Below are positions 39,553 to 48,823 of a stretch of 64,000 nucleotides of DNA, piece after piece (position 1 is the first letter of the stretch; every line of letters starts with the position of its first letter). The notes under the pieces are model-generated. The model did no database searches. It saw only the letters and a list, made by a program, of their open reading frames with translations, and was not told the origin of the DNA. A program made the position numbers and the translations under genes. Origin of the DNA: an uncultured Bacillales bacterium (lineage in GTDB: Bacteria > Bacillota_I > Bacilli_A > RF39 > UBA660); assembly GCA_947164795.1 (NCBI GenBank), contig CAMUXV010000002.1, positions 156-64,155 on the forward strand. Direction: 5' to 3'.

Positions 39553-39580
39553 ACTTAACATAATATTAATTATAGGAACC
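39553..39580 (-). other. dif: dif-like XerC/XerD chromosome-dimer resolution site
   Basis: Minus-strand 28-mer GGTTCCTATAA-TTAATA-TTATGTTAAGT. The XerD arm matches E. coli TTATGTTAAAT at 10/11. The whole site matches 22/28 to E. coli dif and 22/28 to the Staphylococcus/Bacillus-type ACTTCCTATAATATATATTATGTAAACT (as I recall them). It lies in the ORF-free gap where gene orientation converges. Confidence 0.6.
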
Positions 39581-39746
39581 TAAATATTTTATAAATAAAT
39601 GATTAATTATTCATCTAAAAATAAATAAAAAGATAATAAAATTATAAATAATAAACATACTAATAATACAGTTATAATTCTTATATTAAATTAATATCAA
39701 GACACATTAAATATTATCTTATCCCATATATAAAAATAAATATAAA

Positions 39747-39785
39747 TAAAAAAAGCAATGGATAAATTAATTATCTTTATCCATT
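39747..39785 (-). terminator. Rho-independent terminator downstream of the HTH gene
   Basis: AATGGATAAA / TTTATCCATT is a perfect 10-bp stem, followed on the minus strand by GC and TTTTTTT. A second hairpin CCCCTA...TAGGGG lies at 39832-39862. Confidence 0.6.
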
Positions 39786-39869
39786 ATAATATTTTAAAAC
39801 TAATAATATGAAATTAATAAAATATATATATCCCCTATTTTTATAAAAATTTAAAGTAGGGGACTAATT

Positions 39870-40664
39870 TTAAAATTTTGCAGACATAATTTCCGCTATC
39901 TTATCTAATACTTCACCAGCATTTTTTTCATCTATTTTATCATATCCAAGTTCTCTTAATGCTCTAAATTTAGCAGTATTTAATTCTTGAGTACGAGACA
40001 TTTTTTCTTCTTTTTTAGCAGCCAAAACTTCTTCCCAGCGCCTATGAGATTCCGCTAGTTTCGAACGTGAGGCTCCCCCATTACCATACAATGTAATAGC
40101 AGAAAACATGATGCTCTCAAAAATAAATTGATTATTTTCATCAAATATATATTTATTAGGAGAAGTATATCCAAAGTTCTTTGAGAAGAAAGCCAATATA
40201 TATTTTAATTCTTTATTAGTATTCAAATTTTGAATAAAATTGTAAACATATTCTACTAATGCTGAATTTTCTTCGCTTCTCCCCTTCCCTTCCACTAATA
40301 TATTTTTTAACATAATCGCAATATCATTAATTAATCTAGACTCTTCTTTATCCAATCCAGATAAATCAATAGATACATTTTCTTTTGATTTATCATTAGA
40401 AGTAACCTTTTTATCAGTAAATATCTTACTTGACACTTCTTTTAAATAATCACTTGTAATTTGTTTTTTAATAATTTCTTCTTTTGAAGAAACGCCTAAT
40501 AAATCAAATAATAGTTTACACTTTTCTTTAGGAAATTTTGACAAATCATCGCCATCTAAATAATTATAAACCATTTGTCTAGATACTCCTAAATACTTTG
40601 ATAAATTAACTTTAGAAATACTTGCTTCTTTTAGTATTTGATTTATTTTATCAATAACATTCAT
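39870..40664 (-). CDS. HTH-domain protein of unknown function (264 aa)
   Basis: N-terminal XRE-like HTH ISKVNLSKYLGVSRQMVYNYLDG. Start is at 40664 (AGGAGG plus 9 nt). The track extension to 40757 has no RBS. Confidence 0.6.
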   Translation of the reverse strand: MNVIDKINQILKEASISKVNLSKYLGVSRQMVYNYLDGDDLSKFPKEKCKLLFDLLGVSSKEEIIKKQITSDYLKEVSSKIFTDKKVTSNDKSKENVSIDLSGLDKEESRLINDIAIMLKNILVEGKGRSEENSALVEYVYNFIQNLNTNKELKYILAFFSKNFGYTSPNKYIFDENNQFIFESIMFSAITLYGNGGASRSKLAESHRRWEEVLAAKKEEKMSRTQELNTAKFRALRELGYDKIDEKNAGEVLDKIAEIMSAKF

Positions 40665-40753
40665 TATTGCCATCCTCCTATGTATATTACATATATATTT
40701 TATCATTAACACTTCTTTAATGTCAAGTAAACTAATTAAATTTCCAAAAGTTA

Positions 40754-40786
40754 TCAAAAAAAAGACTATTTAATAAAATAGTCTTT
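40754..40786 (-). terminator. Rho-independent terminator after mnmA
   Basis: AAAGACTATTT-loop-AAATAGTCTTT followed on the minus strand by a T-run. Confidence 0.7.
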
Positions 40787-40790
40787 ACAG

Positions 40791-41873
40791 TTACAAACCG
40801 TTCGTATCCTTAATAATACCACCGCCAAGACAAATATCGCCATCATATAATACACAAAATTGGCCTGGTGTCACTGCCCTTACACCATTATATTTTACTT
40901 TTATAGTATTATTATCCAAATATTCAACTTCAATCTTAATATCTGGCTGTCTATATCTAAATTTACATGTACATTTATTTGGCCTTTCCTCAGTCATGTA
41001 ATTAAATTCTTCAATAATAGCTTCAGTACTATATAGAGAGCTACTGTCATCACCTATAGCCACATATAATATATTTTTATCCAAATCTTTTTTTACAACA
41101 AAGCATCTATTTTCTGTACCACCAATATTAAGACCTCTTCTTTGACCAATTGTATAATACATAAGTCCAATATGTTTTCCCAGCTTCTCCCCAGTATCAA
41201 TATTAACTATATCACCTGGTATATTTGGTAAATAATTTTCCAAAAATTTGGTGAAGTTTCTTTCGCCAATAAAACAAATGCCCGTCGAGTCTTTCTTTCT
41301 AGCGGTAACGAGTCCAAACTGCTCTGCTATTTTTCTTACTTCTGGCTTTTCCATCTCTCCTAATGGAAATAAGACATCTTTAAAAATATCTTTATCAACA
41401 TAAGCAAGGAAATAAGACTGATCTTTATTTAAATCCTTAGCCTTAGCTAGCTTTCCGTCTTTTATTCTAGCATAATGACCTGTAGCAATGTAATCTGCCT
41501 TTAACTCTTTAGCTTTTTTATAAAATAAGTCGAACTTAATATACTTATTGCACATAACATCAGGATTGGGTGTTCTTCCCTTTTTTAATTCATCTAAAAA
41601 ATACGTAAAGACAAAATCCCAATATTCTCTAACAAAATCAACGCGATGAAGAGGAATACCAATTTTATTGCAAACTTCAAGAGCATCATTATAATCCTTT
41701 TCCTGAGGGCAAATATCATTATCTAAATTAGGATTACCCAAATAATCATTATTAATAGTACTATCCCAGTTACGCATAAAAAGGCCTACTACATTATAGC
41801 CCTGCTCTTTTAACAATATCGCAGCAACAGAAGAATCAACTCCTCCTGACATACCAATAACAACGGTTTTCAT
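40791..41873 (-). CDS. mnmA: tRNA-specific 2-thiouridylase MnmA
   Basis: PP-loop [15 protein letters not shown], plus NPDVMCN and TGHYAR motifs. Confidence 0.95.
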   Translation of the reverse strand: MKTVVIGMSGGVDSSVAAILLKEQGYNVVGLFMRNWDSTINNDYLGNPNLDNDICPQEKDYNDALEVCNKIGIPLHRVDFVREYWDFVFTYFLDELKKGRTPNPDVMCNKYIKFDLFYKKAKELKADYIATGHYARIKDGKLAKAKDLNKDQSYFLAYVDKDIFKDVLFPLGEMEKPEVRKIAEQFGLVTARKKDSTGICFIGERNFTKFLENYLPNIPGDIVNIDTGEKLGKHIGLMYYTIGQRRGLNIGGTENRCFVVKKDLDKNILYVAIGDDSSSLYSTEAIIEEFNYMTEERPNKCTCKFRYRQPDIKIEVEYLDNNTIKVKYNGVRAVTPGQFCVLYDGDICLGGGIIKDTNGL

Positions 41874-41917
41874 ACTACTACCCTCTTTCAGGTAATAATT
41901 ATATCATAAAATTAAAA

Positions 41918-42550
41918 TTAAATAAACAATTTTATAACTAATTTCATCATTGAGGGAAGTAAAAAGGCTTCTGAAAGAGATGAAACAGTAATAATACTAA
42001 AGGATATTAATAGTATTAATAAATATTTTTTTATATAACTTTTTAAAATAATATTATTAGCCTTATTAAAAATGCTTTTAAACAGCATAATAGAAAAAGT
42101 AAATGAATAAACACTAATTATTATTATCATTAAAAAATTAATTATAGTAGTGGGAAACACATAAATAAATGATGAAATAATACCCTTATAACCATAAACC
42201 GCTATAAAAGAAGAAATAGTAAAACCCACTATAAAGCCTTTTAAATATGTTAAAAATATATTAAAAACAATTCCAATAATTGAAGCACCTAATAACCATA
42301 TAAGTATAATGTATAAAGAATTTTCAATAAAAGCATTTTTAAGTGCATCAATATTATTTATTTTATTTGTATTAATATTAGACATAAAACTAGTAATTTT
42401 AGATGAAACTAATTCTTTGTCGCTGCTATTTAAAATAATTAAAAAAATAGTACCAGATATTATACCTAACAATATTATAAATATCACAAATAAATTAATC
42501 TTTTTATTAGGAAGAACTATGCTTAGAAAATTATTAAATCTATTTTTCAT
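41918..42550 (-). CDS. spoIIM: Stage II sporulation protein M-like membrane protein
   Basis: 210-aa polytopic protein collinear with SpoIIM: LKGFIVGFTISSF (Bacillus LKGVVVGFTVGFL) and SEAFLLPSMMKLVI (Bacillus IEAYLSPVLMEKVV). Confidence 0.7.
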   Translation of the reverse strand: MKNRFNNFLSIVLPNKKINLFVIFIILLGIISGTIFLIILNSSDKELVSSKITSFMSNINTNKINNIDALKNAFIENSLYIILIWLLGASIIGIVFNIFLTYLKGFIVGFTISSFIAVYGYKGIISSFIYVFPTTIINFLMIIIISVYSFTFSIMLFKSIFNKANNIILKSYIKKYLLILLISFSIITVSSLSEAFLLPSMMKLVIKLFI

Positions 42551-42633
42551 ATATTATCACCACTTAAGTATATTAAAAATATATTGAAAATATGCAAAAC
42601 ATTTAGTATAATTAAATAGTGAGGTGTTAATAA

Positions 42634-42765
42634 ATGAGCAATAATAAAAAGAAAAAGAAAAAAGCAAAAAACATAACTACTAAAATATTTGCATATATAA
42701 TGCTTTTTTTAGGAGTTGTTTCTGCTATTTCAAGTATACTAGCATATGCACTATCATCTAAATAG
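42634..42765 (+). CDS. Possible tiny membrane protein (43 aa; below the ORF-track cutoff)
   Basis: GTGAGGTG RBS. Translates to MSNNKKKKKKAKNITTKIFAYIMLFLGVVSAISSILAYALSSK*, a K-rich head plus one TM helix. Confidence 0.35.
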   Translation: MSNNKKKKKKAKNITTKIFAYIMLFLGVVSAISSILAYALSSK

Positions 42766-42773
42766 TGTTTTTT

Positions 42774-43505
42774 TTATTTTATAAAGGCAAATAATAATCC
42801 AACTGAAACAATAAAAGTAATAATACCAAGTAGTATATAAGAGACAAATCCAGCATTAGAAGTTTTATTTTTTTCTTCTTTTTCAATATTTTTTAACATA
42901 TTATCAAAAGTTTCAACTTCTACTTCAAAAGTCTTCTCTAACTTTGGTTCGTTTTCCTTTCCTACTACAAAATTCATACTTGGTGTTTCTACAACATTAT
43001 AAGAATGATAACTACCATTTTCCTTTACTAAATCAACTACTGTTTTATATTCAATCCTATTATTATATCTAGATACATACCAATTAGTAAAAGCTTTAAA
43101 AGAATCATTATTAATAAAATATATATTACTGTTAACTTTTATTTTGTTTTTAGTCAAGAACTTATAAGCTTCATTAAATATTTCTCCAAGATTTTTATCC
43201 ATCTGCTGATATAATTCAATATCGTTAACTACTCTAATTCGATCGAGAATTTTATCATAAAAAATAGGAAGTATTAATGTAATATTATAATTATCAATGT
43301 TTTTATAATAATTAATAAGCTCACCTTCTACTTTACTTAAATCATTTTTATTTAAATCATACATTTCATAATTACTTTTAAGTCTAATAGTAATATTTGT
43401 TTCATTATAATCCTTATAAGGAACTAATATATAAAAACCAAATTTACTGTTAGATAAATAATATATATAATGTTTTTCTAATTTACATATAAGAGTCTCT
43501 TTCAT
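42774..43505 (-). CDS. Hypothetical tail-anchored protein (243 aa, single TM helix at the extreme C-terminus)
   Basis: AGGAGGA RBS. The last 25 aa, GFVSYILLGIITFIVSVGLLFAFIK, are hydrophobic. Directly downstream of a sigma-factor gene. Confidence 0.55.
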   Translation of the reverse strand: MKETLICKLEKHYIYYLSNSKFGFYILVPYKDYNETNITIRLKSNYEMYDLNKNDLSKVEGELINYYKNIDNYNITLILPIFYDKILDRIRVVNDIELYQQMDKNLGEIFNEAYKFLTKNKIKVNSNIYFINNDSFKAFTNWYVSRYNNRIEYKTVVDLVKENGSYHSYNVVETPSMNFVVGKENEPKLEKTFEVEVETFDNMLKNIEKEEKNKTSNAGFVSYILLGIITFIVSVGLLFAFIK

Positions 43506-43531
43506 ATTATCCTCCTACTCTATCTAATGTA

Positions 43532-43560
43532 ATTATAGCAAAAAAAAAGTAACTTGTCAT
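43532..43560 (-). promoter_or_regulatory. Sigma-A-type promoter in the sigma / tail-anchored-protein gap
   Basis: Minus strand ATGACA, 17 nt, extended -10 TGCTATAAT. The -35 overlaps the sigma gene stop codon. Confidence 0.5.
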
Positions 43561-44465
43561 TACTTTTTATTATTTTTATCAATATATTTTAAACTAACAG
43601 CGGTTTTATTTAATTTCTTTATTGCACTAATTTTTAATTGGCTAATTCTTTGAGTTGATAAATTCAAAATTTTTGATATTTGATTTTGTTTATATTGCAT
43701 TCCACCATATAATCCATAATGTAATTTTAAAAATAGTAGTTCATTTTTATTCAAATCAGTTTTATCAATTATTTCATATAGGCTATATCTATCGATAATT
43801 TTATCAATATCACATTGATTTGCTTGAGATATAGAATGAATAGATAGATAATCAACTATATCATTTAAATTTTGACAGTCCTGTGTTATATCAGACATCA
43901 AATATACATCATTATATATCTTTTCAAATTTTTTTATCTCATCTACATCAATATTATAATGCTCTGAAATTTCTTTTTGAGTTGGCTCTCTTCCTAGAAT
44001 GTTTGTTAGTTCTTTTACCTTTCTATTATAGCTTTTTAGTTCCTCCATCAATCTAACAGGTAAAGATATTATTCTAGTTTTCTCATCAACAGCTCTTTTT
44101 ATACAACGATCGATCACTAGAAATGCATAACTCGAAAATGCAATATCTGCTTTTTTAGCATATCCATCAATAGCTTTAATTAATCCAACATTTCCCTCTT
44201 GTATAATATCAAGAAATGGTAACCCACAATTAATATATTTTAGAGCAATACATCTTACTAATCTTAAATTTCTCTGAATAAATATTTTACGAGCTCTTTT
44301 ATCCCCCAGAGAAATTTGATATAAAAGTACTTCTTCCTCATCCTTTTTAAGTAGAGGAAGGTTAATTAAATTATTATACCAAACCATTGTATCTACATTA
44401 TACTCATCATATGTAATTTCATCCTCTAATCTCTTATATAATTGATTTAGTTCTATATTGTTCAC
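43560..44465 (-). CDS. Sigma-70 family RNA polymerase sigma factor (301 aa, regions 1.2-4, divergent)
   Basis: RNLRLVRCIALKYINCGLPFLDIIQEGNVGLIKAIDGY (region 2.1-2.2), ISLPVRLMEELKSY (region 3), QNQISKILNLSTQRISQLKISAIKKL (region 4.2). GTG start after GAGGGGTGA. Confidence 0.8.
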   Translation of the reverse strand: MNNIELNQLYKRLEDEITYDEYNVDTMVWYNNLINLPLLKKDEEEVLLYQISLGDKRARKIFIQRNLRLVRCIALKYINCGLPFLDIIQEGNVGLIKAIDGYAKKADIAFSSYAFLVIDRCIKRAVDEKTRIISLPVRLMEELKSYNRKVKELTNILGREPTQKEISEHYNIDVDEIKKFEKIYNDVYLMSDITQDCQNLNDIVDYLSIHSISQANQCDIDKIIDRYSLYEIIDKTDLNKNELLFLKLHYGLYGGMQYKQNQISKILNLSTQRISQLKISAIKKLNKTAVSLKYIDKNNKK

Positions 44466-44530
44466 AAAATATCACCCCTCAGTAAATATTTGTGGAATAT
44501 TATATCACAAAAAGAAAAAAAAAGATACTT

Positions 44531-45283
44531 TTATAAAATAAATCTAACTAGCATAAATATAAATCCTATAATAAAAAACAATATCACATGGTATTTATCA
44601 TTATATTTCTTAGTACTAGGAAGTAACACTCTAAAAGATATTTCAAGCATTATTCCCGCTACTATAGATAATATTATACCAAGCATTAAATTAGTCATTA
44701 CTCTTCTTAAAAATAAATAACATAGAATAGCTCCTAAAGGTTCAGATAAAGCTGAAATTAATGTATATAAAAAAGCTGTTTTTTTATTTCCTGTACTATA
44801 ATAAATAGGAACTGATATGGTTATACCTTCAGGTATATTATGCATTGCAATAGCAATTGCTAACGATATTCCTAATTTTATATTATTAGAACTAGCCATA
44901 AAAGTAGCAATACCTTCGGGTATATTATGTAAAACGATTGCCAGTAGTGAAATTATACCAACCCTAAATAATGATTTATTATTTATATTTCCAATATCAG
45001 GAACATAGTAATCAATTATCATCGAAATAGTAATTCCAAATAAAATACCCAAAAAACATAATATAGTTGTACCTAATGAAGATAATTTATTATTAATAAG
45101 AATAATACTTTCAGGAATCAAATCAGTAATAGAGGTACATATCATTACGCCAGAAGCAAAAGATAGTGAACTAACTATTATTTTATTATAACTTTTTCTT
45201 TTTATGAAAATAACAAAAAAGCCTATAATAGTAGAAATACCTGCCAATGTAGTTATTAAAAAGGCATATAAATTACTATTCAT
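44531..45283 (-). CDS. zupT: ZIP-family zinc transporter (ZupT-like)
   Basis: Duplicated HNIPEGIA / HNIPEGIT motifs in a polytopic membrane protein. Start at 45283 follows GGGTGATAA. Confidence 0.85.
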   Translation of the reverse strand: MNSNLYAFLITTLAGISTIIGFFVIFIKRKSYNKIIVSSLSFASGVMICTSITDLIPESIILINNKLSSLGTTILCFLGILFGITISMIIDYYVPDIGNINNKSLFRVGIISLLAIVLHNIPEGIATFMASSNNIKLGISLAIAIAMHNIPEGITISVPIYYSTGNKKTAFLYTLISALSEPLGAILCYLFLRRVMTNLMLGIILSIVAGIMLEISFRVLLPSTKKYNDKYHVILFFIIGFIFMLVRFIL

Positions 45284-45322
45284 TGTTATCACCCAATTAA
45301 ACATATGAAAAAAAGTACTATT

Positions 45323-45595
45323 TTATTTTTTAGTACTTTTATTTTTTATCTTTATTTTAGTTTTATTTTTTTCAAATAAATATAAATAATCTATTTTATA
45401 ATCCTCAATATTAGTTGTGACAAGACTATCTTTTATAACATAATCTTTTTTAGTAGTATCAGTGGAATACCATTTTTCACCAAGCAAATCAAAGTAATAA
45501 TCATAATCTTCAGAGTATAAAACTACTTGTTCTATATATGAAAACTTTATTTTTCTGCGATGATAAATATTACCCACAAAAAAATTATTTTCCAT
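45323..45595 (-). CDS. Hypothetical protein (90 aa)
   Basis: ORF overlapping the upstream gene by 11 nt. No motif recognised. Confidence 0.45.
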   Translation of the reverse strand: MENNFFVGNIYHRRKIKFSYIEQVVLYSEDYDYYFDLLGEKWYSTDTTKKDYVIKDSLVTTNIEDYKIDYLYLFEKNKTKIKIKNKSTKK

Positions 45596-45956
45596 ATTTA
45601 ACCACCTTATAAATGTTGTCTTTTACTGTATTAATATCTAATACTAAAGAAAAATCTATCTTAGTAAAAGTATTTCTTATATCATTTAAAATATAACTAT
45701 AATTATCAATTACTTTGTAAATATTAAAAACATAATATATAGATAATAAGAGCGTAATAATATTGATGACAAGTATATCAAATATCTGATTAATCAATAG
45801 AAAAACCGCTAATAAAATTAAATAGATTAAAATCTTAGTAACCATTTTCATAAAGAAATAATTATAACTATTTCTTGCAGAATCACTTTGCTTTTCTAAG
45901 AAACAATTCTTCATACTATTACCTTCTTTCCTCATAGATGGATATATATCATACAA
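45585..45956 (-). CDS. Hypothetical membrane protein (2 TM helices)
   Basis: TM segments ILIYLILLAVFLLI and VINIITLLLSIYYVF. The more likely start is ATG 45914, after AAGAAGG. Confidence 0.45.
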   Translation of the reverse strand: MYDIYPSMRKEGNSMKNCFLEKQSDSARNSYNYFFMKMVTKILIYLILLAVFLLINQIFDILVINIITLLLSIYYVFNIYKVIDNYSYILNDIRNTFTKIDFSLVLDINTVKDNIYKVVKYGK

Positions 45957-45983
45957 TAAATAACGAATTTTGTCAAGAAATTA

Positions 45984-46670
45984 CTATATATTAAATAATT
46001 CCCTAGGAGTCTTAGTCTTAACTAATTTTCTTTCTAACACTTTAGCAGGATCTTCTTTATATCCTGTATAACCAAATAAATATGATAAATAATTTTTAAC
46101 GGTCATATTATTAATCATTTCATTTTCAATATCCATACCAATATTTTTTAAGGCATCTTTATATAATCCTTGAAATACATATAGTAGACTACCTATATTA
46201 TGATATAAAGCACTATCTTTGTCTCTATTTATAATAAAAGAATCAAAATCAATTAGTTTTATATTAGAGTCTCCTACTATAGCATTTCGATAGTATAAAT
46301 CAAATGTTTCAATATTATTATTAGCAAGAATTACCATTTCCTTATGAAGTCTAGCCAAATTATCTAAGGTGTATTCAGTAGGCATATCAAGAATACTTAT
46401 TTTCGTTTTTTCTAAGTACTCCATAGTATAAGCCTTTATTTTACCATCGATATAAAAAGGTATACCAAGTTTAACTAAGCCATCAAGAGATAAATACTTT
46501 ATAATATCATATACTTTTTCATTAAAATAATTAGATGGATCTCTATTTAGTACCTTTAAACATTCATCATCACATATTTTATATACTTTTGCATTTCTTC
46601 CACGATCAAAATAACTATCTTTAGAAATGTTATAACTATATTTATTACCTTCTTTATCATAAAAAACCAT
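45984..46670 (-). CDS. Minimal protein-kinase-like fold protein (228 aa)
   Basis: GRNAKVYK (beta3-Lys-like), hinge AYTMEYLE, catalytic-loop-like FDLYYRNAIV (D...N) and IKLIDFDSF (DFG-like DFD). GGGGGT RBS. Confidence 0.55.
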   Translation of the reverse strand: MVFYDKEGNKYSYNISKDSYFDRGRNAKVYKICDDECLKVLNRDPSNYFNEKVYDIIKYLSLDGLVKLGIPFYIDGKIKAYTMEYLEKTKISILDMPTEYTLDNLARLHKEMVILANNNIETFDLYYRNAIVGDSNIKLIDFDSFIINRDKDSALYHNIGSLLYVFQGLYKDALKNIGMDIENEMINNMTVKNYLSYLFGYTGYKEDPAKVLERKLVKTKTPRELFNI

Positions 46671-46694
46671 GAGTACCCCCTAAAAGCAGTGAAT

Positions 46695-46723
46695 ACTATA
46701 ACATAATTAGGAATATTTGTCAA
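46695..46723 (-). promoter_or_regulatory. Sigma-A-type promoter for the kinase-like gene cluster
   Basis: Minus strand TTGACA (46723-46718), 17 nt, TATAGT (46700-46695). Confidence 0.6.
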
Positions 46724-46746
46724 AAAAAGAGTAGCTAAGCTACTCT
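46722..46746 (-). terminator. Rho-independent terminator of glmS
   Basis: Minus strand AGAGTAGC-TTA-GCTACTCT followed by TTTTTTT, which runs into the next -35. The stem includes the glmS stop codon. Confidence 0.7.
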
Positions 46747-48503
46747 ACTGTTACTGATTTAGCTAAATTTCTAGGTTTATCAATATCACAACCTTTTAAT
46801 TTAGCAACATTATATGCAAGCATTTGCATTGGAACTATTACTAATAAAGGATTTAATATTTCATCATAGTCATCTATTTCAATAGAATAATTATAAAAAT
46901 CCTCTTTTAAATTAGTAATAGCAATTATTTCTGCTCCACGAGAAGAAACCTCTTTTAAATTACTTATAGTTTTATCACTAATAGTTTTATCTGTTACAAT
47001 AGATATTACACCAAAATCCTTATCAATTAGTGAAATACTACCATGTTTTAATTCTCCTGCTTGAAAAGCTTCACTATGAATATAAGATATTTCTTTTAAT
47101 TTTAAGCTTCCCTCCATAGCTAAATAATAATCAATTCCTCGTCCTAAATAAAATACATGCTCTTTTTTAGCTACTATTTTAGCAATACTCAAATAATCAT
47201 ATTCATTAATATACTTAGTAATTAAATTAGGAAGTAGTTTTAAATCATCTATAGCTTTTCCTTCATACTTTGTATCTTTTATAGCCATTAATAATAATAC
47301 TATTATTTGTGATAAATATGCTTTAGTAGTTGCCACTGCTATTTCAATACCAGCTTCAGTATATACTACATATTTAGCTTCTCTTGCTATTGAAGAATCT
47401 TTTCTATTAACAATAGCAAGTGTATCAATATTATTCTCCTTTGCTAGTTTTAATGCTGCTAATGTATCAGCAGTCTCTCCTGACTGAGATATTAATAGTA
47501 CTAAAGTATCTTTATCAAAGAAATTCTTTTGATATCTATATTCTGATGCGTAGTAGACATTAACTTTAATATTCTTATATTGTTCTATATAATATTTACC
47601 TATTTGTCCTGCAAAAGAAGCGGAACCACAAGCAACTATATCAATACATTTATATTTATTCAAATCAAAAATATCCTTTACATTACCATTATCAGTATAT
47701 AAATTTAAATGTTTTTTTACAATATCAGCTTCCTCGTTTATTTCTTTTAGCATAAAATGATCATAACCATTTTTACTAATAGCTTCTTTGTCAAAATTGA
47801 ATTCTTTTATTTCTTTCTTTATTTCATTTAAATTTCTATCATAAATAGATACTTTATTACTAGTCACTTTAACAATATCATAATTATCTAACAATATATA
47901 TTTATTAGTTACATGAAGTACCGCTGGTATATCACTAGCTAAAATATTTTCCTTCTCACCTATTCCAACAATTAGAGGGCTATCCTTTCTAATACCATAT
48001 ATTATATCAGGTTCATCCTCACATATAATATTAAAAGCATAACTACCTTTCAATACATTAGTAAGCTCTGATAAACTTCCTAACATATTACCTGTTCTAT
48101 TATATATATAATCTAAATAAGCAGAGGCAACTTCTGTATCTGTATCGCTTTTAAAAATATAACCTTTACTTATTAATTCTTTCTTTAATTCATTATAATT
48201 CTCAATAATCCCATTATGAACAAGAGTAATCTTTCCTTGTTTATGAGGATGAGCATTAGTATCATTAGCTACTCCATGAGTTGCCCATCTTGTATGGGAT
48301 ATTGCAATATCAATATCTTCCTTATAATCTAAACATTTATCTAGATTAACTATAGGTCCTTCTTTTTTTATTATGTTTATTTTATTATTCTTCATATATG
48401 CAATACCTGAAGAATCATAACCACGATATTCCAAGGATTTAAGACCTGTCATAACCTTAGATATACCATTTTCTTTTCCTGCATAACCTACTATGCCACA
48501 CAT
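46740..48503 (-). CDS. glmS: Glutamine--fructose-6-phosphate aminotransferase
   Basis: The protein must begin Met-Cys (MCGIVGYAG...), so the start is set at 48503, after ATAGGAG. The track start at 48530 adds 9 non-conserved residues. Two SIS domains and a C-terminal ...KPRNLAKSVTVE. Confidence 0.95.
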   Translation of the reverse strand: MCGIVGYAGKENGISKVMTGLKSLEYRGYDSSGIAYMKNNKINIIKKEGPIVNLDKCLDYKEDIDIAISHTRWATHGVANDTNAHPHKQGKITLVHNGIIENYNELKKELISKGYIFKSDTDTEVASAYLDYIYNRTGNMLGSLSELTNVLKGSYAFNIICEDEPDIIYGIRKDSPLIVGIGEKENILASDIPAVLHVTNKYILLDNYDIVKVTSNKVSIYDRNLNEIKKEIKEFNFDKEAISKNGYDHFMLKEINEEADIVKKHLNLYTDNGNVKDIFDLNKYKCIDIVACGSASFAGQIGKYYIEQYKNIKVNVYYASEYRYQKNFFDKDTLVLLISQSGETADTLAALKLAKENNIDTLAIVNRKDSSIAREAKYVVYTEAGIEIAVATTKAYLSQIIVLLLMAIKDTKYEGKAIDDLKLLPNLITKYINEYDYLSIAKIVAKKEHVFYLGRGIDYYLAMEGSLKLKEISYIHSEAFQAGELKHGSISLIDKDFGVISIVTDKTISDKTISNLKEVSSRGAEIIAITNLKEDFYNYSIEIDDYDEILNPLLVIVPMQMLAYNVAKLKGCDIDKPRNLAKSVTVE

Positions 48504-48544
48504 ATTTACTCCTATCTTATATTCAGTCATTATATTGTTACAAT

Positions 48545-48655
48545 TTTAATTTTGCTTTTTGATAATAACCTAATGAGCATATAAACCCAAAGCAGCATCC
48601 GCCGAATATTCGATAAACCACTTTCCTCGTTAACTATTTCTAGTCTGGCGCTAAG
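48545..48655 (-). ncRNA. glmS ribozyme (GlcN6P-dependent self-cleaving riboswitch)
   Basis: Minus strand reads A|GCGCCAGACTAGAAATAGTTAACGAGGAAAGTGGTTTATCGAATATTCGGCGGATGCTGC..., matching the conserved core (AGCGCCAGA, ACGAGGA, CGAAnnTTCGGCGGATGC). Lies immediately 5' of glmS. Confidence 0.85.
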
Positions 48656-48823
48656 TTAATAATTATCCTCCCATCTATTACTAACTTTACTATAGTATAT
48701 CAAAATATAATATAAATGTAAACTGAATATAATGATTTTCCATATTTTATCTTTCATACTTATAATTAAAAAGTAAATAATAATAATGTAGTCTGTGATA
48801 TAAGTAAAAGGAGATGTTATTTT

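Noticed and set aside
48660-48823. I looked for a sigma-F/G-type promoter upstream of spoIVB (TGAATA ... CATACTT are both present).
   Set aside because: The spacing between the two elements is about 25 nt instead of 17-18, so no call is made.
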